Assembly (NCBI GenBank): GCA_036262075.1
Contig: DATAJO010000040.1
Location: 2,807 to 66,806 of the forward strand
Length of the DNA: 64,000 bases
Reading direction: 5' to 3'
Source: Candidatus Limnocylindria bacterium
Lineage (GTDB): Bacteria; Chloroflexota; Limnocylindria; QHBO01
Below are positions 46,716-55,599 of this stretch, piece by piece; the stretch's first letter is position 1; each line of letters starts with the position of its first letter. A program made the position numbers and the translations under genes. The notes beneath the pieces are model-generated. The model worked only from the letters and a program-made list of their open reading frames with translations, did not search any database and was not told the DNA's origin.

Positions 46716-48157
46716 TCGGCCGCTCCTTCCTCGCCATCGCGCCGGCGGCCCTCGCAGCGACGTTCGTCCTTCGGGGCTTCGTGGCCAATGCGGTGCCGCT
46801 CGACCTGCTGTGGCGCCCGCTGGCGGTGAGCGTCGCCATCGCGATCGTGATCCAGGTGATCCTGGTGCGAGCGTTCGGGTGGACGCGCGGGCATGTCTGG
46901 GCGTTCGTGGCCGTATCGGTCCTCACCGGCCTCTTCGTCCTCGCCGGCGCAGCATTGCTCGCGCTGACCCTGTTCAGCGTCGTGCGATCCGGTCCGGATC
47001 GCGAGTACCAGCTGACCGGGATACTCGCCGCGGCCGTGTCCGGCCTGCTCTTCGTGGCGGTGGTGTCCCAGGGTGTCGCCGCGGGGGCCTTCGATTGGCA
47101 GCCGATCCTCGTCACCGCCACACCGATGACGCTGGCCGATGACAGCCCGAGCCTTCACGTGCTGCTCCTCGACGGCTACCCGCGCCAGGACGTCCTCGAG
47201 GCGAACGGCGTCGACAACGAGCCGTTCCTCGCCGTGATGGAAGTGATGGGCTTCGACGTGTACCGCGACAGCCGATCGAACTACACGCGGACGCCGTTCT
47301 CGGTGCTGTCGATCCTGAGTGCCCGCCACATCGACGAGATGTCAGAGCTGTGGGCCGACGTGCCCTCGGGTGCGGCCGCCCAGCAGCGGCTCGTCGCGCG
47401 CGCCCTGCTCGCACCGCCGATGCTCGAATGGTTCCGCGCCGCCGGCTACGCCACCCGCGTCCTGCCTGCGACCGTCGCCCACGTTCCGCTGGGCGGCGCG
47501 GACGAGGCGCGAGGCGCGGGCACGGCCAACAACTTCGAGCTCGACCTCCTCCAGCGAACCCCGCTCGCCGCGCCCCTCGAGGTCATCGGCTTCGCGGCCG
47601 GCCAGCAGCGCACCCATATCGAACGGACGCTCGACACCTGGGCCGATCCGCCATCGGGCCGCACGTTCACCTTCGCGCACGTCATGTCGCCACACGCGCC
47701 CTTCGTGTTCCGATCCGATGGCTCCCCGGCTGACGCGCCGCCGTGCTATCCGGCGACCTGCTCGCTGTTCGATTCCGATGTCGGGGACCTGGGATGGCCG
47801 GCGGACGAGTACGTTCGTCGCTGGACCGGCCAGGTCGAGCACCTCAATACGCTCGTCCTGGCGGCCGTGGAGCGGCTGGTCGCGGAGGATCCCGGAGCAG
47901 TCGTCCTCGTCGTCTCGGACCACGGCGTGAGGGGACCAGCGGAGGACGTCCAGCACCGCAACCTCATCCTGGCGCGGGTGCCGGGCCATCGCGGCGTGCT
48001 CGGCACCTCGCCGACGCTCGTGAATGTCATCGTCGACGCGATGGCGCCGTGGGCCGAGGGGACCGTGCCCCGGGCGAGCGACATGCTGTATCGGAGCGGC
48101 GACGATCCGTGGCTCTTCGTGGAGCCGCTGCCATCTTCGGCAGCCGATGGTCCATGA
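46712..48157 (+). CDS. Membrane-anchored alkaline-phosphatase-superfamily (sulfatase/LtaS-like) protein, paralog A
   Basis: 4-5 N-terminal TM helices. Extracytoplasmic domain with the blocks LLLDGYPRQDVL ... FAHVMSPHAPFVF ... VLVVSDHG shared by all four paralogs (46712, 48447, 52429, 60662). ATGA coupling to the upstream GT87 gene. Confidence 0.7.
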   Translation: MIGRSFLAIAPAALAATFVLRGFVANAVPLDLLWRPLAVSVAIAIVIQVILVRAFGWTRGHVWAFVAVSVLTGLFVLAGAALLALTLFSVVRSGPDREYQLTGILAAAVSGLLFVAVVSQGVAAGAFDWQPILVTATPMTLADDSPSLHVLLLDGYPRQDVLEANGVDNEPFLAVMEVMGFDVYRDSRSNYTRTPFSVLSILSARHIDEMSELWADVPSGAAAQQRLVARALLAPPMLEWFRAAGYATRVLPATVAHVPLGGADEARGAGTANNFELDLLQRTPLAAPLEVIGFAAGQQRTHIERTLDTWADPPSGRTFTFAHVMSPHAPFVFRSDGSPADAPPCYPATCSLFDSDVGDLGWPADEYVRRWTGQVEHLNTLVLAAVERLVAEDPGAVVLVVSDHGVRGPAEDVQHRNLILARVPGHRGVLGTSPTLVNVIVDAMAPWAEGTVPRASDMLYRSGDDPWLFVEPLPSSAADGP

Positions 48158-48446
48158 CGCCTGATCCACAGGTCCCGTGGCGCGACGCCGCCCGGCTGCC
48201 ACACTGGCCGCCGATTGCCGAACCGAGCACCAACGATGACGTTCCTGTACATCGATCCGGGCGCCGGAAGCATGGTCGTCCAGGCCCTGCTGGCCGGTCT
48301 CCTGGCCGTCCCGTTCTTCTTCCGCACGCATGTGCGTCGCGCCGTCGACCGAGCCCGCGCGTGGCGTGGCCGGTCGAAGGACCGGGAATCCGACACCCCG
48401 CGCTGACGTTCGCCGTCCGGCGCTCCCGCGGACTCCAGTGACGGCG

Positions 48447-49997
48447 ATGCGCCCCGCGCTCGACGTTCCCGTGCACCCGATCCTCGTCGCCGCCACGATC
48501 GTCGTGACGGCGTGGCTCGACGCCGCCGTGTCGCCCTACGCCGCGACGCGGTCTCTGCTCGTGGCCTTTGGCCTCGCACTGGTCCTGACGGTCATCGCGT
48601 CGGCGGTCGCTCGGTCAGCCCAAGTGGGCGCCCTGGCCGCCACGGCCATCCTGCTCGCGCTCTGGAGTCGCGTGGCGCTCGAATTCGTGCTCGAGGTCGT
48701 CGGCGCGATGGGGTTCGTCATCGGGGTTGTGTGGCTGCTCCTCGTGGCCCTGCTGGTGATCCTCCTGGTCCGGCGGACGCGCGGTCGCTGGTCGACGGCG
48801 GCCGCCACGACCGCGCTCAACCGCGGATCGGCCCTGGTCCTGCTGGCGGCCCTGCTCCTCGGGATGGTCAACGGACGCCTCCCGTCGCTCCTCCCCGATT
48901 TCGCGCAGGGCGGGCCGATCTCGTCCCTCTACCTCGCCTCCGACGCCGCCGAGGACCGGCCCGACGTCTACGCGATCCTTCTCGATGGCTATCCCCGGGC
49001 CGACGTCCTCGACTACGCGTTCGGCATCGACAACTCCGCGTTCGTCGACGCGCTCACCGAGCGTGGGTTCACGGTCGCGTCGGAGTCACATTCCAACTAT
49101 CTCTGGACGCACGTCAGCCTGCCGACGACGCTGAACATGACATTCGCCGAGCAGATCCCCGAGATGCGAGCGGTAATCGACCTTCAGCGCCCTCGCCAGC
49201 CGACGTTGCGCCAACTGGTCTCGAACAGCGCCGCCTTCGGCGTGGCGCGGGATGCCGGCTACACGACCGTCGCGATCGGCTCGGGCTTCGAGGAGGTCGC
49301 TGCCCGGCAGGCCGACGTCTACCTCGACGGTGGCCAGCTCAACGAGTTCGAGATCAGCCTCCTGACCAGCACCTTCGTCGCCGACCTCATCCGTCCGTTC
49401 GCGCCCGACGTCGCCAGCGGCCAGCAGCGCGAACGGATCCGCCACAACCTCGCGGTGCTTCCGGACATCGCCGGAATCGGCGGAGCGCCCGTCTTCGTGT
49501 TTGCCCACGTCCCGTCGCCGCACCAGCCCGTCGTCTTCGGGCCCGACGGACAGCCGGTCGCGGAACCACTGAGGTCGAACTGGTTCGCGGACTCGCCGGG
49601 AGAGCGGGGCCAGGACCCCGAGGAGTTCCGCGAGCGGTATCGTGCCCAGCTGCCGGTCCTCAATGACCTCGTGCTGGATGCGATCGACGGCATCCTCGCC
49701 GCCTCCGACGAGCCGCCGATCATCGTGGTGTTCGCGGACCATGGTTCCGCGTCGGCCGTCGACTGGAACGAGACCGAACCGGCGGAGGCCGATCCGGCGC
49801 GCCTTCTCGAGCGGACCGGAACGCTGTTCGCGGCGTTCACCCCCGGCCGGACGGACGTCTTTCCCGACGACGTCTCGAACGTCGACATCTTCCGCCTGCT
49901 GTTCGACGCCTACCTGGGGACCGAGTACGGGCCTGCGACTCCGCCCGAGGGCGGCGGGCACGTGCAGCCCGTCGACGCATCGGTCCTCGACGACTGA
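48447..49997 (+). CDS. Membrane-anchored alkaline-phosphatase-superfamily protein, paralog B
   Basis: Blocks ILLDGYPRADVL ... FAHVPSPHQPVVF ... IVVFADHG; N-terminal TM region. Confidence 0.7.
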   Translation: MRPALDVPVHPILVAATIVVTAWLDAAVSPYAATRSLLVAFGLALVLTVIASAVARSAQVGALAATAILLALWSRVALEFVLEVVGAMGFVIGVVWLLLVALLVILLVRRTRGRWSTAAATTALNRGSALVLLAALLLGMVNGRLPSLLPDFAQGGPISSLYLASDAAEDRPDVYAILLDGYPRADVLDYAFGIDNSAFVDALTERGFTVASESHSNYLWTHVSLPTTLNMTFAEQIPEMRAVIDLQRPRQPTLRQLVSNSAAFGVARDAGYTTVAIGSGFEEVAARQADVYLDGGQLNEFEISLLTSTFVADLIRPFAPDVASGQQRERIRHNLAVLPDIAGIGGAPVFVFAHVPSPHQPVVFGPDGQPVAEPLRSNWFADSPGERGQDPEEFRERYRAQLPVLNDLVLDAIDGILAASDEPPIIVVFADHGSASAVDWNETEPAEADPARLLERTGTLFAAFTPGRTDVFPDDVSNVDIFRLLFDAYLGTEYGPATPPEGGGHVQPVDASVLDD

Positions 49998-50015
49998 CCT
50001 GGTCGCAGGAGTGAC

Positions 50016-51524
50016 CTAGTTGCAGGAGCGCAGGTACGCGACCTCGTTCTCGTCGCGGTAGACCTCGCACCAGCCCTCGTCCTCCGCCGGGCCCTTCGTG
50101 ATGGCGCGGTACGGCGGGAAGATCAGCGCGTCGACCTCGTATCGGTCCGCCACCTCCGCCCAGCCCGGGTCGGCGTCGCGGACGAGGCCGTATTCGGTGA
50201 GGATGGCGTCGTCGTACATGTCGTTCCGCCCGTCGACCATGACCCGGGCACCGGAGTCGTACATCTGGCCGATGACGTAGCCGCCCCAGCCGTACTCGGC
50301 GAGGATGCGGCCGCTCGGAACGCGTTCCTGGAGGAGCTCGACGCCCTGGACCGGAAGCTCGCGCTCGATGCTGGCCCGCACCGCTCCCATGAGGTCACGC
50401 GGCACGAAGATGATCACGCCCGCGACCGCGATGAGCGCTCCGAGCACCAGCTCCATGATGCGGCGCTGCCGGGCGATGCGCGGGCTCGGCTCGCGACGGT
50501 GCGGTCGCCAGTCCCGGAGCGCCGCGTCGATGCCCACGGCAAGTGCCGGTGCTCCGAGGATCGCCGCGACCGGACCGTTTCGGAGCGCGAAGAGGGTCAT
50601 CGCGATGCCCATGAATGCCAGCAGGCTCATCCACCACGGCACGCGCCACCGGCCGAACACCGCGACAGCCGCCATGTAGATCACGAGCGGCCAGTGGGCC
50701 GGATCGTGGAAATCGGGCGACTGCCACTCGGTGATGTTCGCCGCGCCCCAGTCGCCGGCGTCGACGTAGCGTAGGGGATAGAGCAGAAGCCCCGGGCCCT
50801 CGGGCGTGAGGACCGTTCCGGCCATCGCCAGCGGAACCATGGCAAGCGCCCATCCCTTCGCCTGCGCCATCGGCGTCATGCCGAAGACGGTCATGACCGC
50901 GTACGCCGCGAGGACGACGAGGCCGACCACCCACAGCCCGTGAAGGTTCGCCCAGAGGACGAAGAGGGGAACGAGGGCCAGGGTCCAGCGCCGTCGGTCG
51001 GGCCGCAGGTGGACGAGGCCCGCGACGAGCAGGGCGAACATCACCCAGGACAGGGCTTGGGGCCGGATCGTCGCGTAGGGGATGATCAGGAGGGCCGTCA
51101 GCGCGGTCGCACCGGCGACCGCGACGGTCCGGAGCCCGAGCCGATGCAGCGCCACCGCGAGGATCGCCACGGCAACGACCGGTACGGCCGCGAAGATCAG
51201 GACGGCGCCCAGATAGCCGATGCCGTCGACGAGCACGGCAATGATCAGCTCACCCAGCCACTCGTGGAGCGTCCACGGCTGGCCGCCCCACGTGAAGCTG
51301 AACGGGTCGGTGCGCGGGAAATCCCCGGCCGCGATCAGGCGGCCCGTTTGGATGTGCCAGTAGAAGTCGGAGTCCCACGGTCCCTTGGACAGGAACGCCG
51401 CATACAGCAGGGCGCCGAGGACGACCACGTGAATGGCGATCGGCGACGGGAGCCAGCGGTGCAGGTCCGGGGTGGTGCGTGAACGCATCGGGGGCGAGTC
51501 TACGGTGTGAAGACGGCGCGACAA
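50016..51524 (-). CDS. Large polytopic membrane protein (~13 TM), putative GT-C-like glycosyltransferase
   Basis: 502-aa hydrophobic ORF with a soluble C-terminal ~120-aa domain; no precise family call. Convergent with paralog B, divergent from GT87 paralog b. Confidence 0.6.
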   Translation of the reverse strand: MSRRLHTVDSPPMRSRTTPDLHRWLPSPIAIHVVVLGALLYAAFLSKGPWDSDFYWHIQTGRLIAAGDFPRTDPFSFTWGGQPWTLHEWLGELIIAVLVDGIGYLGAVLIFAAVPVVAVAILAVALHRLGLRTVAVAGATALTALLIIPYATIRPQALSWVMFALLVAGLVHLRPDRRRWTLALVPLFVLWANLHGLWVVGLVVLAAYAVMTVFGMTPMAQAKGWALAMVPLAMAGTVLTPEGPGLLLYPLRYVDAGDWGAANITEWQSPDFHDPAHWPLVIYMAAVAVFGRWRVPWWMSLLAFMGIAMTLFALRNGPVAAILGAPALAVGIDAALRDWRPHRREPSPRIARQRRIMELVLGALIAVAGVIIFVPRDLMGAVRASIERELPVQGVELLQERVPSGRILAEYGWGGYVIGQMYDSGARVMVDGRNDMYDDAILTEYGLVRDADPGWAEVADRYEVDALIFPPYRAITKGPAEDEGWCEVYRDENEVAYLRSCN

Positions 51525-51595
51525 GGCACCGGTGGTCCTATCACCCGCCGTTCGTCCCGTTGAGCGGGGAGTGACGAGCGGTACCCTGCGCCCCG

Positions 51596-52432
51596 ATGGA
51601 TGCGGCCACCCTTCGCTCGTCCGCGCTCGACCGATGGCGGCCGCTGCTGCCCGCCGTCTACTGGGTCGTCACGGCCATCGGCGCGGCCTGGTGCTTCCTC
51701 ATCGTCTTCGACGTCGTGCCGTACGGACTGTGCGGGAACACCGGCACCGTGCCGTGCGACGCCTACAGCTACTGGGCCGTCGACGCGACCCCGTACACCT
51801 GGGAGACGAACCTCGAATATCGCTACTCGCCGGCGTTCCTGTGGGCGATCGCACCGCTGACCTGGATGCCGTTCGGGGCGTTTCTCGCGGCATGGACGGC
51901 GCTCCACGTCGCCGCCGCGATCTGGCTGCGCGTCGGCTGGATCCTCATCATCCCGGCGCTGAACGAGGATGTCCTGCGGGGCAACATCAGCCTGTTCCTG
52001 GCGGTCGCCGCCGTCCTTGCCATTCGGCAGTCCGGCGCGTGGTGGGCCCCCGTGCTCCTCACCAAGGTCACGCCCGGCGTCGGGATCGTGTGGCACGCGG
52101 TGCGTCGAGAATGGAGGTCGCTCGCCGGTGCGGTCGGGGTGACGGCGGCGATCGTGGCCATCGGCTTCGTCCTGGACGCCGGCCTATGGCGCGCGTGGAT
52201 CGACACGCTGGCGAATGCCGACGCCACGTACGAGGTGGGTCACCCGCTCGGGCCGCCCCTCCTCCGGGTGGGGATCGCCGCCGTGGTGGTCGGGTTCGGG
52301 GCGTGGACCAGCCGTGCGTGGCTCGTGCCCGTCGCGATGTTCGTCGCGGTCCCCGGCCTGTGGTGGTTCAACTGGGCGCTGCTCGCGGCGATCCCCCGGC
52401 TCCTCGAGCGTGGGCCGGCACCGCAGTCGTGA
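51596..52432 (+). CDS. GT87/DUF2029-like membrane glycosyltransferase, paralog b
   Basis: Motif NLEYRYSPAFLW; polytopic. Confidence 0.7.
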   Translation: MDAATLRSSALDRWRPLLPAVYWVVTAIGAAWCFLIVFDVVPYGLCGNTGTVPCDAYSYWAVDATPYTWETNLEYRYSPAFLWAIAPLTWMPFGAFLAAWTALHVAAAIWLRVGWILIIPALNEDVLRGNISLFLAVAAVLAIRQSGAWWAPVLLTKVTPGVGIVWHAVRREWRSLAGAVGVTAAIVAIGFVLDAGLWRAWIDTLANADATYEVGHPLGPPLLRVGIAAVVVGFGAWTSRAWLVPVAMFVAVPGLWWFNWALLAAIPRLLERGPAPQS

Positions 52433-53706
52433 AGGTCGTGCGGAATCGCGTCATTCCCGCGGCGGCGGCCTCGTTCCTGACGTGGTCGGCCGTCGTCATG
52501 CTCGTCGCGACCACGATCGCGGCACCGCTCGACGTCCTCGGGCGACCGATGCTCATTGGCCTGGTCGTGGCGGCAGCCATCTCGGTCGCATCGATCCCCC
52601 TCGGAGCGTTCGGTCGCTACGGGGCGGTCGCGATGACGATCCTGTTCCTCCTGCCTGCGCTGTGGTGGCTGGTCGCGGCGCTCGGGCTCGTCGAGGTCGC
52701 TGCCGCGCTCGCGGCCCGTTGGCGGCGGGCCGAGCGATGGCCGATCGGGCGCGCGTCGGTCCTCCTCGTGGGACTGCTGTGCGTGGTGAGCGCCGTCCAG
52801 CTGGCACCGCGCTCCCTCGACTACGTCGGCGAACGGCCGCCGGCCATCGCGGACGCCGACGTCCCGGTCTACCTGCTCCTTGTGGACGGCTACCCGCGAA
52901 TCGACACGCTCCAGGGCCTGGGGATCGAGAACGACGCTTTCGTCCATGCGCTCGAGGAGCGCGGGTTCGACCACTATCCGGATGCGACGTCGCTGCACCA
53001 GTGGACGCATCGGACGCTGGATGCCATGGCCGCGACGGACCCGCGGGCGGTGCCCGACGAGGGAGGAAGCGCTGCCGATCGCGAGGAGGTCCGCGAACGC
53101 CTTGGCATGCCGGAGAACTTCGTCGTGATCGATCCGCCTGCCAGCCATGTCATGATGCGGGGCGGTCCGACCATCAGCGCCGGAGGCATGAACGACTTCG
53201 AGGCGCACCTCATCGGTCGATCGGTCGTGACCTGGATCGCTCCCGAGCTCGCGCGCGATCTCGTCGAGGCCGGGCTTCGGCGCCACCTGGAGGGAACGTT
53301 GGACCTCGTGGCCCGGACGCCGTCAAGACAGCTCTTCGCCCACCTCCTCGCGCCCCATCCGCCATTCCTCTACGCCGACGGCTTGTCAACGTGCTGGCCA
53401 GCCTGCGGCACGTTCGAAGTGGACGCGGAGAAGCTCGGCATGAGCCGTGACGCCTGGGCCGCCCATATGGATCGCCACCTGGACGGGGTCAACCGCCGGC
53501 TGTTGGACGCGGTCGATCGGGTCCTCGACGCCCATCCCGATGCGGTCATCGTCCTGTTCGGCGACCACGGTGCGCGCTACGGAGGCGATCGGGACGAGCC
53601 CCACCGAACGTTCCTGGCGGCGCGGACGCCGGGCGCTCCGCACCTCTTCGATGCCGAACCGCATCCGCACGCCATCCTTTCCGTCCTCGCGGAGTTTCTC
53701 CGGTGA
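52429..53706 (+). CDS. Membrane-anchored alkaline-phosphatase-superfamily protein, paralog C
   Basis: Blocks LLVDGYPRIDTL ... LAPHPPFLY ... IVLFGDHG. GTG overlaps the upstream stop (GTGA). Confidence 0.7.
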   Translation: MKVVRNRVIPAAAASFLTWSAVVMLVATTIAAPLDVLGRPMLIGLVVAAAISVASIPLGAFGRYGAVAMTILFLLPALWWLVAALGLVEVAAALAARWRRAERWPIGRASVLLVGLLCVVSAVQLAPRSLDYVGERPPAIADADVPVYLLLVDGYPRIDTLQGLGIENDAFVHALEERGFDHYPDATSLHQWTHRTLDAMAATDPRAVPDEGGSAADREEVRERLGMPENFVVIDPPASHVMMRGGPTISAGGMNDFEAHLIGRSVVTWIAPELARDLVEAGLRRHLEGTLDLVARTPSRQLFAHLLAPHPPFLYADGLSTCWPACGTFEVDAEKLGMSRDAWAAHMDRHLDGVNRRLLDAVDRVLDAHPDAVIVLFGDHGARYGGDRDEPHRTFLAARTPGAPHLFDAEPHPHAILSVLAEFLR

Positions 53707-54728
53707 GACTCCGCGCTGGCCATCTCGTGCTCCTCACGGCCGCGGCGTTCCTGCTCGCCGACGCGATCATCGTGTGGATCGGCGCCCGGGCGGACTTCGG
53801 CTTCGACTTCACGTGCTGCTACCAGCAGGCCGCCGCGCGGGCCGTCGAGGACCCGGCATCGCTGTACGAGTGGTCCGACACGTACACGTTCCGCTACACA
53901 CCGCTGGGCGCGCTCGTCTTCGCCCCCCTGGTCCCGCTGTCCGAGTCCGCGGCCACGTTGGCGTGGCTCGTGGCGAAGCTGGCGATCCTCGCGATCGCCG
54001 CGGCATGGTTCTCCAACCGATGGACCGGCACGCAACGCTGGCTTGCGTTCGCCGCCGTGGTCGCCTTCCCGCCGCTCGTCCACGACCTCGTCATCGGCAA
54101 CGTGAGCACGCTCACATTCCTCGTCCTCCTCGCGCTCGCCCGATGGACCGATGGGCGCGGTGGCATCGCCCTCGGGCTGCTGCTCATCCTCATGCCCAAG
54201 CCGCACCTCCTTCCGATCCTCGCCTACCTCGCGCTGCGGCGGCGGCGTGACGCGATCTCCGCCACGGCCACCGCGGTGGCAGGGGCCGTCGTCGGCCTCG
54301 CGCTGTTCGGTACCGGGCCGTGGCTGGAATTCGTCGGCACCCTTCGCGAGCCGCTCGAGCGCACGTTCACGGCCAATGTCGGCTTCAGCGGACTCCTCGG
54401 TCCCGCCGGCGTCGTCGTCGGCGTCGTGGTCGCCGTCGCCATCTTCGCCGCCGCGGTCGTCATCGGCGGGACGCGTGGCTACGGGCTCGCGATCCTGTCC
54501 GGCATCGCGGCCGGCCCGTACACGTTCATCCACTACCTGGCGGGGACGCTCGTCGCCGCCGAACCCGTGCTCAGGACCCGTCCACGGTGGCTCGCCCCGT
54601 TCCCGTGGCTCCTCGTCTTCTTCCCGCTGATCCCGGTCTGGCTCACCGCGCTGGCGGCGGTCGTGGCACGCTCCCCGGAGCCTGCTGGCGGCGAGGAAGC
54701 GGAGCGGCCAGCAGCAGCGCGAGGTTGA
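53703..54728 (+). CDS. GT87/DUF2029-like membrane glycosyltransferase, paralog c
   Basis: Motif TYTFRYTPLGALVF. GTG overlaps the upstream stop (GTGA). Confidence 0.65.
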   Translation: MRLRAGHLVLLTAAAFLLADAIIVWIGARADFGFDFTCCYQQAAARAVEDPASLYEWSDTYTFRYTPLGALVFAPLVPLSESAATLAWLVAKLAILAIAAAWFSNRWTGTQRWLAFAAVVAFPPLVHDLVIGNVSTLTFLVLLALARWTDGRGGIALGLLLILMPKPHLLPILAYLALRRRRDAISATATAVAGAVVGLALFGTGPWLEFVGTLREPLERTFTANVGFSGLLGPAGVVVGVVVAVAIFAAAVVIGGTRGYGLAILSGIAAGPYTFIHYLAGTLVAAEPVLRTRPRWLAPFPWLLVFFPLIPVWLTALAAVVARSPEPAGGEEAERPAAARG

Positions 54729-55599
54729 CGAGCAGCACGCGCGGCAGCGCCACGAGCTGGAGCAGCGTGGCGAGCAGCCAGCCGTAGCGCGTGCGCGCCC
54801 ACCAGATGGCGGCAACCAGGACGGCAACCGTCCCGACGATCCAGGGAACGACGCCGAGGGCGCGCAGCGACATGCCCGGGATCGTCTCGGTGGCCACCGG
54901 ATCGGTCAGGTAGAAGCGGAGCATCGGCTCCAGCCACGGGAGCTGCACGAGCGCGAGCACGGCCATCGCCACGGCGTACCAGCCCAGCGGCACCCAGTCG
55001 CGCCGCCCGACGTACCACGCCAGCGCGAGCGCCGGGTGGAGCTTGAGCATGGTCGCCAGCGCGAGCGCCGGTCCTCCCCATGCGCCGATGAACGGCACGA
55101 CCGCGAGCAGCGCCACGACGATGGCCTGGGCGTTGCCGTTCAGAAGCTGCTGCCCCCACGCGCCGATGAGGAGGGCGGCCGGGAGGAGCCCGGCCGGTCC
55201 GGCAACGCGCCACGCGACGACGATCGGGACGGCCGTCGCGACCGCCAGGATGGCGTACCAGAGCGGCGGCCAGCCGAGGACCGGGATGGCCATCGCGAGG
55301 AGCGGCGGGTACCGGTAGCGGTAGTCCTCCGGCACCGCTCCGGCGGACGCGTAGGGATCGCCGGCCGTCCACAGGTCGTGCGCGGCCCGGTTGTACGTGT
55401 CGAGATCCGCGCCGATCGACGTGGTGTCGGCCAGGTACCACGCGCCCGCCAGTCCGAGCGCGAGGTAGACCGCGACGAGGAGCACCCAGCGCGTGTTCAC
55501 GGGCCGCACGGTAGCAGTCGGGCCGTAGGCCGCCGCTGGTACCTCCGGGTGGGCGGAAGGCGTCGGGGCTGCCGGTAGACTGCCCGGCGATGCATCCAC
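54643..55599 (-). CDS. GT87/DUF2029-like membrane glycosyltransferase, paralog d
   Basis: Motif PEDYRYRYPPLLAM (the canonical GT87 Y-R-Y-P-P). The start probably lies downstream of 55599 (GTG at 55500 or 55509) because 55590-55599 would overlap the divergent start of the next gene. Confidence 0.65.
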   Translation of the reverse strand: MDASPGSLPAAPTPSAHPEVPAAAYGPTATVRPVNTRWVLLVAVYLALGLAGAWYLADTTSIGADLDTYNRAAHDLWTAGDPYASAGAVPEDYRYRYPPLLAMAIPVLGWPPLWYAILAVATAVPIVVAWRVAGPAGLLPAALLIGAWGQQLLNGNAQAIVVALLAVVPFIGAWGGPALALATMLKLHPALALAWYVGRRDWVPLGWYAVAMAVLALVQLPWLEPMLRFYLTDPVATETIPGMSLRALGVVPWIVGTVAVLVAAIWWARTRYGWLLATLLQLVALPRVLLVNLALLLAAPLPRRQQAPGSVPRPPPAR